The notes below the pieces were generated by a model. That model did not search any database and had not been told where the DNA came from. It saw nothing but the letters and a program-made list of their open reading frames with translations. The position numbers were made by a program, and so were the translations under genes. Below, piece after piece: positions 1-7,612 of a DNA stretch of 32,000 nucleotides (the first letter of the stretch is position 1; each line of letters starts with the position of its first letter). The DNA comes from Candidatus Brocadia sp. (GTDB lineage: Bacteria > Planctomycetota > Brocadiia > Brocadiales > Brocadiaceae), in assembly GCA_021650915.1 (NCBI GenBank), contig CP091279.1, forward strand, positions 3,480,001 through 3,512,000. Reading direction: 5' to 3'.

Positions 1-369
1 CTTTTTTACATTTTCAAAATGTTTGTCATTTGACCAGATACCGTTATTCTCTGTTGCTAAGGCAAGAGCTATAAAAGGGACGTCAAACGGATCAGTTAAG
101 CCGATAATTTTATAAGCATTTTCTAAATATGGTTTTATTTCAGAAACAGAGACAATTCTTATGTTATCCAAAAGCAGAGATAGTATTATATTCAACTCTT
201 TCTCACTCAAACCACTCCGTTTGGAAATAACTTTTCGGTGCTTTTCGTATTCTTCCAATGCGTATTCAGGCAGGAGAAACTCGATATCTGCAAACAGCAG
301 AATTTCCCTTGTTGCAGAATCTTTAAGAATCGCTGAAATAAGAATGCCGGTATCTATTACTAATCTCAT
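1..369 (-). CDS. PIN-domain toxin (VapC-like); 3' end runs off the window
   Basis: My reverse-complement translation from the ATG at 369-367 gives MRLVIDTGILISAILKDSATREILLFADIEFLLPEYALEEYEKHRKV...GLTDPFDVPFIALALATENNGIWSNDKHFENVKK. The VIDTG, DPFD and SNDKHF acidic motifs are typical of PIN nucleases. It is missing from the ORF track because no stop occurs before the window edge. Its start overlaps the upstream ORF's stop (TGATG). Confidence 0.75.
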   Translation of the reverse strand, partial: MRLVIDTGILISAILKDSATREILLFADIEFLLPEYALEEYEKHRKVISKRSGLSEKELNIILSLLLDNIRIVSVSEIKPYLENAYKIIGLTDPFDVPFIALALATENNGIWSNDKHFENVKK

Positions 370-593
370 CAGGCTTTTTGATACCTTTTTGACAAAGCAG
401 CCTTTATTTCATGGTCTAAATCGTCAATATCATTTTCTGTGAGTCTGCTTTTTAGTGTGAGAGACTCCAGCAATTTTATCTTTTTTGCATAATCCCAGAT
501 TGCCTTATTGACAACTTTGTTCCAGTCAACCTCCTCATGTCTCTTTATGATATCTTTTATGTCTGTCGGAATTTCAAAGGTAAGCTTAGGCAT
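369..593 (-). CDS. putative antitoxin partner of the PIN toxin
   Basis: A 74-aa charged ORF lies immediately upstream of the PIN gene, with a 1-nt stop/start overlap. Its size and position fit a VapB-type antitoxin. I did not recognise a family by eye. Confidence 0.55.
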   Translation of the reverse strand: MPKLTFEIPTDIKDIIKRHEEVDWNKVVNKAIWDYAKKIKLLESLTLKSRLTENDIDDLDHEIKAALSKRYQKA

Positions 594-628
594 TTTTTAT
601 TCCTCCTTTGCATGAATTTTAACAAAAC

Positions 629-1105
629 CTATCCATTTCTCTGAAATAAATTATACGGGATGCTTACAAACTCAATCTGATTGGATTCCATGTATTCTTC
701 GTCAAGAAAGCAGGCTGGGGCATAGACAATCCGCTCCTTATTGGGCTGTTCGGCAATAATCCTTTCGGCAATCTCAAGATTAAGCGCCATCCTGGTCAAT
801 GCCTCATAGTCCTGTTTGTAAATCAGATAAATCGTCTGATTGCCGAAATCGCCCACAAAGAACTTCTTCTCGCTTATCTTTTTCTCATCCTTCAGGTTTT
901 CACCGGTGCAGAGATAATAAGCATACCTTGCAAATATTTTGTAATCAGGCAGTTTGCCTTCCAGCAAGGTTTCTGCATCCAAAGGCTGTCCGACCCGCAG
1001 ATACTGAAACCCGCTGTCATAGTCGTATTTCTCAATCGTCCTCTTGATACGCTCGCGGGTAATGTCCTTGCAGATATTTTTCCCTTTAAATTGCAGCGTG
1101 GGCAT
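629..1105 (-). CDS. hypothetical protein (possibly a remnant of a DNA methyltransferase; weak)
   Basis: This 158-aa ORF is on the same strand as its neighbours. The N-terminal LQFKGK and the C-terminal FVSIPYNLF region vaguely recall the ends of Mod-type methylases. No catalytic motif is present. Confidence 0.4.
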   Translation of the reverse strand: MPTLQFKGKNICKDITRERIKRTIEKYDYDSGFQYLRVGQPLDAETLLEGKLPDYKIFARYAYYLCTGENLKDEKKISEKKFFVGDFGNQTIYLIYKQDYEALTRMALNLEIAERIIAEQPNKERIVYAPACFLDEEYMESNQIEFVSIPYNLFQRNG

Positions 1106-1122
1106 GAGTTTCCTTTACTCCA

Positions 1123-1392
1123 TCAGATTCCACATTGTCCCCTTTTTTCGCAAAGAGCTACCGTCTTTCTATAAGCAGTTTCCTGGGAAAGAATAGTAGG
1201 TGTGTCAATTTCCCGAATTACCCAATTATTACTGATTGATACTTTGGGCTTGTAGGGTCCGTAGGTGTAAAGCTTTTCCAACTTACTAATAATTTGATCA
1301 TTATCCCTCCCCACCAGGTCAGGGAAGATAGTAAATAAAAAGGCATCTCTTTTTGTACAATTTGCAGCTAATTCCTTCCTTGAATTTTGCAT
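1123..1392 (-). CDS. hypothetical protein
   Basis: The track ORF is 1123..1434. The internal Met (MQNSRKELAAN...) at 1392 avoids overlap with the asd 3' end. No recognisable motif. Confidence 0.35.
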   Translation of the reverse strand: MQNSRKELAANCTKRDAFLFTIFPDLVGRDNDQIISKLEKLYTYGPYKPKVSISNNWVIREIDTPTILSQETAYRKTVALCEKRGQCGI

Positions 1393-1402
1393 ACCCTCTT
1401 TA

Positions 1403-2410
1403 TCACAAGAGCTTTTCGGCAATCTGGATGGCATTCAGGGCAGCCCCTTTCCTGACGTTATCGCTTACAACCCACAGATTGATTCCATGATCAAGGGATT
1501 CGTCTTCACGGATACGGCCCACGAAAACTTCGTCCCTGCCTGTAGCCATCGTGGCCAGGGGATACAGTTGATTGGCAGGATCATCCGCTACCTGAACGCC
1601 CGGCGCCGTCGAAAGCAGCTTCTTTACCGCCGCCGCGCTAATCTTTTTCTCCGTTTCTATATTGATGGACTCGCTATGACTGCGAATAACGGGCACCCGC
1701 ACGGTAGTTGCGGTCACCCTGACGCTATTGTCACCCAGGATCTTTTTGGTTTCGCTTACCATCTTCATCTCTTCCGAGGTATATCCATTGGGAAGAAACG
1801 CATTGTTCTGGGGAATCTGTGGCAACACGTTAAAGGCGATCTGGTGGGGAAACAGGTTTCTTCTAAAACCTTCCTGGCCGGATAAAATGCTAGCCGTTTC
1901 CTTTTGAAGTTCATCAATGGCTTTCAGCCCCGCACCCGATACGGCCTGATACGTTGACACGACAATCCTCTTTATCCTGGCGGCATCGTGGATTGGTTTC
2001 AAGGCAACCACCATCTGAATGGTGGAACAATTCGGATTCGCAATCACGCCGTGATGTTTTGCAATGTCCTGCGGGTTCACCTCGGGCACCACCAGGGGGA
2101 CGTCGTCGTCCATCCGAAAGGCGCTGGAATTATCCACGCAAACGGCCCCGCTCGCAATAGCGTAAGGCACATATTCCCTGCTTATGCTTGCCCCGGCGCT
2201 GAAAAGGGCAATCTTTATACCCTCGAACGAATGCTTCGTCAGTTCCTGCACGGTATAGTCGCGTCCGCAAAACCGCATCTTTTTCCCGGCCGAACGTTTT
2301 GAGGCTAATAACCGCAGCTCTTTCACCGGGAATTTCCTGCTTTCCAAAATCCGGAGAAATTCCTCACCCACGGCTCCTGTTGCGCCAACTACTGCTACAT
2401 TTACTGCCAT
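1403..2410 (-). CDS. asd: aspartate-semialdehyde dehydrogenase
   Basis: Motifs seen: VAVVGATGAVG NAD(P) fold, the NPNCSTI active-site Cys motif, and QAVSGAG. The likely start is MAVNV at 2410, preceded by AGGAG/GGAGGAG. The track ORF extends to 2437. Confidence 0.93.
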   Translation of the reverse strand: MAVNVAVVGATGAVGEEFLRILESRKFPVKELRLLASKRSAGKKMRFCGRDYTVQELTKHSFEGIKIALFSAGASISREYVPYAIASGAVCVDNSSAFRMDDDVPLVVPEVNPQDIAKHHGVIANPNCSTIQMVVALKPIHDAARIKRIVVSTYQAVSGAGLKAIDELQKETASILSGQEGFRRNLFPHQIAFNVLPQIPQNNAFLPNGYTSEEMKMVSETKKILGDNSVRVTATTVRVPVIRSHSESINIETEKKISAAAVKKLLSTAPGVQVADDPANQLYPLATMATGRDEVFVGRIREDESLDHGINLWVVSDNVRKGAALNAIQIAEKLL

Positions 2411-2506
2411 CTCTCCTCCAACTCCTTTCATCGTCAAACCACATCATTTTCAGCTGCCGGCATTGAGCCTGAGCTGCTGTGACATTTATCGCCCGAAGCG
2501 ATCGGT

Positions 2507-3472
2507 TTATCTCATACGTATGAGAATATCATCCTGAATTTTTTCGCTCTCCCTGACCGGCGCTATCTCAGCTAAAAATCGCTGCGCATCGCTATAGTAT
2601 CCTGCCGTTGGTTTCAAACCGGGGAGAAGGTGAGTCCAATATTGATTTTCCAGCCGCATAAACAACTCCCGAATATACTTGCTGAACATCGAAGCGAGAG
2701 CCACGGCCATGCACAGGTCTTCGCCCTTTTCCACAAAGGATATCGTCATTTTCTTCTGTACCGCTTCCACTTCGTAGGTTGAAACCTTGTCTCCCTCCTT
2801 TACAACCCGTATATCCGCGTGTGACAATTGCTCACGCAACAAGCTGGTATACGTATTTCTGCCGCCCTGTTTGTCAACCATTAACCGTATGTGACCGCCG
2901 GGTAAATTCCACAGCCGGGAAACAAGTCCCGCACATGCTTTAAAAAGGACAAGAGATTTATTCCGAAACAACCGTATCTGTTCGTTAAACTCCTGTACCG
3001 GGACAACGCAACTGCTTGCATGAAAAAACCGCACGCCCTGTTTATCAAAAGCCTGATTTAGAGCATCCGCAGAATTTACGATAACGATACGATTCGTGGT
3101 CAACGGCAGTGGATAATCTTTTCCGGCATACCAGGGATAGAGGCTGAGGCCTCCGGCAGCATGGTATGACAGACTGTCAAGCAATTGACAAAAGGACGTG
3201 ATGTTTAAGCCTTTTGATTCAAGGAACGAAAGAGCACCTACCTCCAGGGGTTTTAAGCCTGGTCCATGCTGTGGTCGGTAGAGTTTTTTGCTATCCCGAA
3301 CGGCAATTCGCTGATTCCCGCCCTTGAGATCGCTTGATACCGCGTCCTTTAAGAGGTCCCACAGTGAATGATCTATCTTTTCATCCGGCACATGAAAGGC
3401 TACGATGGTAGTGACCATGGGTCCTAGCACGGGACCGTAGCCGGCTTCATCGATACCTGCTATTATAGCCAT
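2507..3472 (-). CDS. RNase HII-family protein with extra C-terminal sequence
   Basis: Motifs resemble RNase HII catalytic motifs: MAIIAGIDEAGYGPVLGPMV, VRDSKKL and ALASMFSKYIRE. I place the start at the internal Met (3472). The track ORF extends to 3562. Confidence 0.6.
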   Translation of the reverse strand: MAIIAGIDEAGYGPVLGPMVTTIVAFHVPDEKIDHSLWDLLKDAVSSDLKGGNQRIAVRDSKKLYRPQHGPGLKPLEVGALSFLESKGLNITSFCQLLDSLSYHAAGGLSLYPWYAGKDYPLPLTTNRIVIVNSADALNQAFDKQGVRFFHASSCVVPVQEFNEQIRLFRNKSLVLFKACAGLVSRLWNLPGGHIRLMVDKQGGRNTYTSLLREQLSHADIRVVKEGDKVSTYEVEAVQKKMTISFVEKGEDLCMAVALASMFSKYIRELFMRLENQYWTHLLPGLKPTAGYYSDAQRFLAEIAPVRESEKIQDDILIRMR

Positions 3473-3574
3473 CTCGAAACAGGACGAATCATATCCGTAT
3501 ATTGTCTTTCTCTGAGTCCATGACAAAAAGGTTATTAGAAAAATTATTTTACCCGTTGTCAATAAAAAATATCT

Positions 3575-4324
3575 TCATGCCTGCCTGGCCCGGTCCGCAT
3601 CGGTCTTCTCCGAAGGCCAGTAATAGGCATCCGGCGTATTACGGGCGCCAAAAATAGCGGTACCGATGCGCACCATATTTGCGCCTTCTTCAATTGCGAT
3701 CTGGTAGTCCCCGGACATGCCCATGGAAAGGTATTTCATCTGTACCCGATTGATGGCTTCGTTGATAAGCGTGTCGTGTATCCCTTTCAGTACCTTAAAA
3801 CACTGCCGAATCTTTATTTCGTCTTTCGTAAAGAGACCAATGGTCATGAGCCCCAGGACCCTGAAGGTATCATATTTGGCGGTCTGTTTCACCAAAGAGA
3901 CTGCATCTTCCGGGGCGACGCCATACTTACTTTCCTCATGCGAGGTGTTGATCTGGATCAGAATATCCAGGGAACGGCCTTCCTGCTGGAGTCGCTGATC
4001 CAGTTTCTCCACAAGAGACAGGCGGTCTACGGAATGGATCATGTCTGCAAATTTCAGGACGTCCTTGACCTTGTTCGTCTGGAGGTGTCCGATAAAATGC
4101 CATTCCGCATCCTCATCTTTTAAGACCTCGTATTTTTTGAGCGCCTCCTGCACCTTGTTTTCTCCAATAATGTTTCCTCCAGCCCGAATAGCCTGACGGA
4201 TCCGCTCCGGCTCTACCGTCTTGGTCGCCATCACCAGGGTAATATCCTCCGGCCTTTTGCCCGCCTTTCTGGCGGTATTCGCAATGTTTTGTCTCACCTG
4301 CTCCAGGTTTTCTTTGATCGACAT
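3575..4324 (-). CDS. yggS: YggS-family pyridoxal-phosphate homeostasis protein
   Basis: Motifs seen: LVMATKT, HFIGHLQTNK, LSMGMSGDY and VRIGTAIFGAR. The length (249 aa) is typical. Confidence 0.9.
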   Translation of the reverse strand: MSIKENLEQVRQNIANTARKAGKRPEDITLVMATKTVEPERIRQAIRAGGNIIGENKVQEALKKYEVLKDEDAEWHFIGHLQTNKVKDVLKFADMIHSVDRLSLVEKLDQRLQQEGRSLDILIQINTSHEESKYGVAPEDAVSLVKQTAKYDTFRVLGLMTIGLFTKDEIKIRQCFKVLKGIHDTLINEAINRVQMKYLSMGMSGDYQIAIEEGANMVRIGTAIFGARNTPDAYYWPSEKTDADRARQA

Positions 4325-4751
4325 AGGTTCTCCTGCACTACTCCTCCCATCGTAACGGTTTCATATTTTTGAAAAAAGCTCAGTAAAAGCGATGTTGCCT
4401 GGCCTTCATCAGGCTGCCTTTGGCAGCGTTTTAAACCCTTCCCTGTAATGAAGGGACAGATTGCCATACGTCACCGCGCACCGCTATCAATAGCCAATAA
4501 TCAACAATATCATATCCGCCCCGAATAATCAAAAAATAAAGTCCAAAGGGCTCTGTAATCCTTGAAGAGTCGTGAATATTATGAAACACGAGAGATAGCC
4601 GGCAGCCTTTCTTATAGCCACGTGGGCATTTATAAAATCTCTGTTGCATTTGGCGCTCAAACGGTGTACCTTGTCAAGGCGGTAATCTTTTATCAGAATG
4701 TTACCAGGAATGACGGATGATCTACCAATCATTTTTCAGGAAGGAAAATTT

Positions 4752-6527
4752 ATGAGACCTATACACCGTAGTTTCATTACCGGCACGATGCAAAAATTGA
4801 CACCTCGCTTTTGCCGTCTTGCCCTCACCGGAATTTTTTTCCCCGGAGTCATCGTGTTGAGCTGGTTCGCCTGCCGTTCATACCCGCTATATTCAGAAGA
4901 CAACATTTTCAGCCAGGCCACGGGGTCCGTGCCCTATTATTCCCAAACCGAGGCCTCCGGCACGCAATCCGCTGCTGATGCGCCAAGAGCCATAACCGGT
5001 CCGGCTTCGCGGATCACCCAGAATTCAACAACGCTTCACGGGGTGGTAAATGCACATGGATTATCAACGACCGTATGGTTTCAATACCGGATCGTCAACG
5101 GGCCATCAAAGATCACTGCTGCAACGCAAACCGTAATTGGAACGGACGACACGGGAATAACTATCAGCATCATTGAACTCTTCCCCGGCTCAACGTATTA
5201 TTATCGTCTTGTGGCAAAGAACGACGCGGGCACGTCGTATGGACGAGAAATGTCATTTACCACCCTTGATATCGATTCATCAATCGCAATGGAAACAACC
5301 CAGCCCGTGGGCGGCATTGTTATTAATGAAGGGGCATCCAGCACCAATTCTTTAACGGTTGCCGCAACCCTTTCTGCCACCGATAATACCGGAATCACGG
5401 GTTACTATCTCTCTGCCAGCTCTCTCCCGCCGTCCCAACACTCTGCCGGATGGATATCGGTACCGGCGACCACGGATTACCGGGATAAGGTTCCCTTTGT
5501 TGTGGATAACGGGAATGGCGCCACTACCGTTTTTGTCTGGTATAAGGACGCTTCCGGAAACATATCGGATGCCGCCAGTGACGCTATCGTTGTGGATACC
5601 ACACCCCCGATCATCACGATTCAGGATCCAACGTCTGACCAGATCTATGCGACTACCAGCGAAACCATAAGCATTGGCGGAGATGCTTCGGACGACCTTA
5701 ACGAAATAACCAGCATTGTATGGACGAATAACCGGGAAACGTACAACACAGACCGAAATACGCTCAACTGGATTATTCCCCACGTTCTCCTGGCGAAAGG
5801 GGATAATGTCATAACCGTGAAGGCTGCCGATCGCGTGGGCAATACGGGAATAGCAAAGATAACGATAACGTATACCACCGGAGACAATGCGCCGCTGGCA
5901 ACAACAGGACTTGCGGCGAGCATAACCACGGACCTGGCGACGTTGGGCGGAACAGTGCATGCCATGGGATTACCGACAACGGCGTGGTTCCAGTACGGCA
6001 CAAGCAGCAGACAGTACAGCAGTATGTCACCCATTCAGGATGTCGAAGAACTGGAGCTTGATACGCCGGTAGGCAACCGGTTAAGCGGATTACAGGCGGG
6101 AACGACCTATTATTACCGGTTGGTCGCTCAAAATAGCGCAGGGTCTGCCTCCGGAGGTGAAATGACCTTTACGACATTACCCCTGAAAGGCAGGATTTAC
6201 GGAAAAGTCGTCCGCTTTCAGAAGGGCGATCCAATCGAATCGGTAAAGGTGCGGCTCAAGGGAACGAAGGCGAGGAAAAAGGTCTTTCAGGTGGTATTTT
6301 CCGATACGCACGGACTTTTCACCATTGATAACTTAGATGCGGATACGTATGGTATAACCGCGACAAAAACCGATTTTACGACGGCTACCCAGATCGTAGA
6401 GCTGAAAGAAGGCGAGGAGAAGAAGATCGAGATTTCCTTGCAAAGCAGAGAGAAAGACAAAGAAGAGCCAAAGGATACTAAAATTGAGCAACCGAAGGCA
6501 AACGAAACACCACAGAATGTGAAATAA
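4752..6527 (+). CDS. secreted or membrane-anchored multi-domain surface protein (two FN3-like repeats, Ig-like middle domain, CarboxypepD_reg-like domain, Lys/Glu-rich tail)
   Basis: A hydrophobic N-terminal segment is present (LALTGIFFPGVIVLSWFA). Two repeats end in GSTYYYRLVAKNDAGTSYGREMSFTTL and GTTYYYRLVAQNSAGSASGGEMTFTTL. The C-terminal region reads GRIYGKVV...TDTHGLFTIDNLDADTYGITATK. An AGGAAGGA RBS favours the ATG at 4752. The track ORF begins at 4698. Confidence 0.7.
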   Translation: MRPIHRSFITGTMQKLTPRFCRLALTGIFFPGVIVLSWFACRSYPLYSEDNIFSQATGSVPYYSQTEASGTQSAADAPRAITGPASRITQNSTTLHGVVNAHGLSTTVWFQYRIVNGPSKITAATQTVIGTDDTGITISIIELFPGSTYYYRLVAKNDAGTSYGREMSFTTLDIDSSIAMETTQPVGGIVINEGASSTNSLTVAATLSATDNTGITGYYLSASSLPPSQHSAGWISVPATTDYRDKVPFVVDNGNGATTVFVWYKDASGNISDAASDAIVVDTTPPIITIQDPTSDQIYATTSETISIGGDASDDLNEITSIVWTNNRETYNTDRNTLNWIIPHVLLAKGDNVITVKAADRVGNTGIAKITITYTTGDNAPLATTGLAASITTDLATLGGTVHAMGLPTTAWFQYGTSSRQYSSMSPIQDVEELELDTPVGNRLSGLQAGTTYYYRLVAQNSAGSASGGEMTFTTLPLKGRIYGKVVRFQKGDPIESVKVRLKGTKARKKVFQVVFSDTHGLFTIDNLDADTYGITATKTDFTTATQIVELKEGEEKKIEISLQSREKDKEEPKDTKIEQPKANETPQNVK

Positions 6528-6579
6528 GAAGGGCACACCCTTTTGACCTGTTTGTTTCAATGGCGGCAAGCCGTCGCTG

Positions 6580-6800
6580 CATTTATAATATTACGGTGTA
6601 AAAACTTCTTTTTTTGTAAGTTTTTTCACAAACCCCTTTCAGGCGGTACCGTTTTTTATGAGTGAAAGGTTGCTTCGCTTCGCTCGCAATGACAACGTGC
6701 AGTGTACCGCAAAGCGCAGGTCGCTGTCATTGCGAGGCCTTTTCCGAAGCAATCTCCCCACCTTCATAAAGGAAATTTGGTTGCGGCTGTGCTGCGCTAT
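6580..6800. repeat. intact copy of a ~220-bp dispersed repeat with an internal 12-bp stem
   Basis: It is near-identical to 25072-25176 plus 28752-28880. It contains CTCGCAATGACA...TGTCATTGCGAG. Boundaries are approximate. Confidence 0.7.
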
Positions 6801-6831
6801 GCCTTTTTCAGACAGAAGAATTTCATCCCTT

Positions 6832-6860
6832 CCTGTTTCCCGCAATTTGCGGGAAACAGG
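6832..6860. terminator. perfect 12-bp hairpin downstream of the DinB-like gene (no U-tract)
   Basis: CCTGTTTCCCGC-aattt-GCGGGAAACAGG lies 23 nt past the stop of the minus-strand gene. No T-run follows on either strand, so terminator function is uncertain. Confidence 0.35.
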
Positions 6861-6882
6861 GGGAATAAAAGTTGCTGAAGAC

Positions 6883-7386
6883 CTAATCTGAGCGCTTCTT
6901 TTGCCACTCAGCGAATCGCTTCTTCATCTGGCTGATATGCCCGGGTATATGCTGCTCATACACTTCCAACCAGTTATCCAGGGTAGCGGTTTCATTCTCC
7001 ATTGAGCCGACTGAATCTGACCAGACAGACTCAGGCAATGCCTTGATAAGTGCGTACGATGACAGGCGAAGTCTCCTGAATAATTCCAAAGCCTCTTCCG
7101 TATTTTGATCCCGGTAATGAAGTGCGGCAGACCATTTGTCCTGATCGTATGCGGCAATGGACTTGCCAGGTTCAGCAATTAATTTCCTGCACTTGACGTA
7201 AGCGTTTGCCTCGCTATCGGCAATATGGATGATAATTTCGTGGATGCTCCAGCGGTCAGGTGAAGGTTTGAATGACCACATCGTTTTGGGAAACTGTTTT
7301 AATGCCTCTGTAAGTTGAAGGTGCCCTTTGCCGTAAGATTCGATCTTTTGTATCCGTTCTTCTTGCGTCATGATAATCATCCTCAC
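6883..7386 (-). CDS. DinB-family (DinB_2-like) metal-dependent protein
   Basis: This 167-aa protein has conserved His positions in a four-helix-bundle pattern (HEIIIHIADSE ... EQHIPGHISQM). The start may be MTQEER at 7371, which has a GAGGA upstream. Confidence 0.7.
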   Translation of the reverse strand: MRMIIMTQEERIQKIESYGKGHLQLTEALKQFPKTMWSFKPSPDRWSIHEIIIHIADSEANAYVKCRKLIAEPGKSIAAYDQDKWSAALHYRDQNTEEALELFRRLRLSSYALIKALPESVWSDSVGSMENETATLDNWLEVYEQHIPGHISQMKKRFAEWQKKRSD

Positions 7387-7450
7387 ATATCGTTTTCGTA
7401 ATAAGAAAATAGCCTATTGCTATTTTCTCCAAAAAGTCTATTATAACCAT

Positions 7451-7477
7451 AAAAAAAGCCCCTCGTCTCCGAGAGGC
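7451..7477 (-). terminator. intrinsic terminator
   Basis: The minus strand forms an 8-bp stem GCCTCTCG/CGAGGGGC (one G.U pair) with a GAGA tetraloop, followed by seven T. Confidence 0.7.
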
Positions 7478-7560
7478 TCAAAGGGCTACCCATAGGATAG
7501 TTTCCTACGAAGTTTTCTTTATTGTAGAAAGCAAGGTAGGCATTTGTGTGGTACAACGAC
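7451..7560 (-). ncRNA. tracrRNA-like small RNA (anti-repeat/repeat-like 37-mer + hairpin + terminator)
   Basis: The minus strand reads GTTGTACCACACAAATGCCTACCTTGCTTTCTACAAT (7557-7521). It is followed by AAAGAAAACTTCGTAGGAAA, the hairpin CTATCC-TAT-GGGTAG, and GCCTCTCG-GAGA-CGAGGGGC-TTTTTTT. The unit is bracketed by its own promoter and terminator, divergent from cas9. Confidence 0.5.
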
Positions 7561-7563
7561 ATA

Positions 7564-7593
7564 ATTATTATCTAATTTCCTCGAAAAAGTCAA
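7564..7593 (-). promoter_or_regulatory. sigma70-like promoter for the tracrRNA-like RNA
   Basis: On the minus strand: TTGACT (7593-7588), an 18-nt spacer, then AATAAT (7569-7564). The G at 7557 lies 7 nt downstream and is the first base of the GTTGTA segment. Confidence 0.45.
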
Positions 7594-7612
7594 CAGAAAT
7601 ACGGGAGGAAAA

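Noticed and set aside
1393-1434. The extended N-terminus of ORF 1123..1434, overlapping the asd stop.
   Set aside because: The overlap with the asd 3' end and the presence of an internal Met make the shorter start more plausible. Even so, the gene call remains weak.
5201-6034. Long antisense or alternate-frame ORFs (5352..5960 -, 5645..6034 -, 5359..5670 +, and others) inside the surface-protein gene.
   Set aside because: These are Arg/Cys/Pro-rich low-complexity translations, fully nested in a gene with clear domain structure. They are shadow ORFs.
6639-6891. Track ORFs 6639..6845 (-), 6658..6891 (+), and 28665..28847 (-).
   Set aside because: They lie inside the dispersed repeat and hairpin sequences, and their reading frames are not conserved between the two repeat copies.
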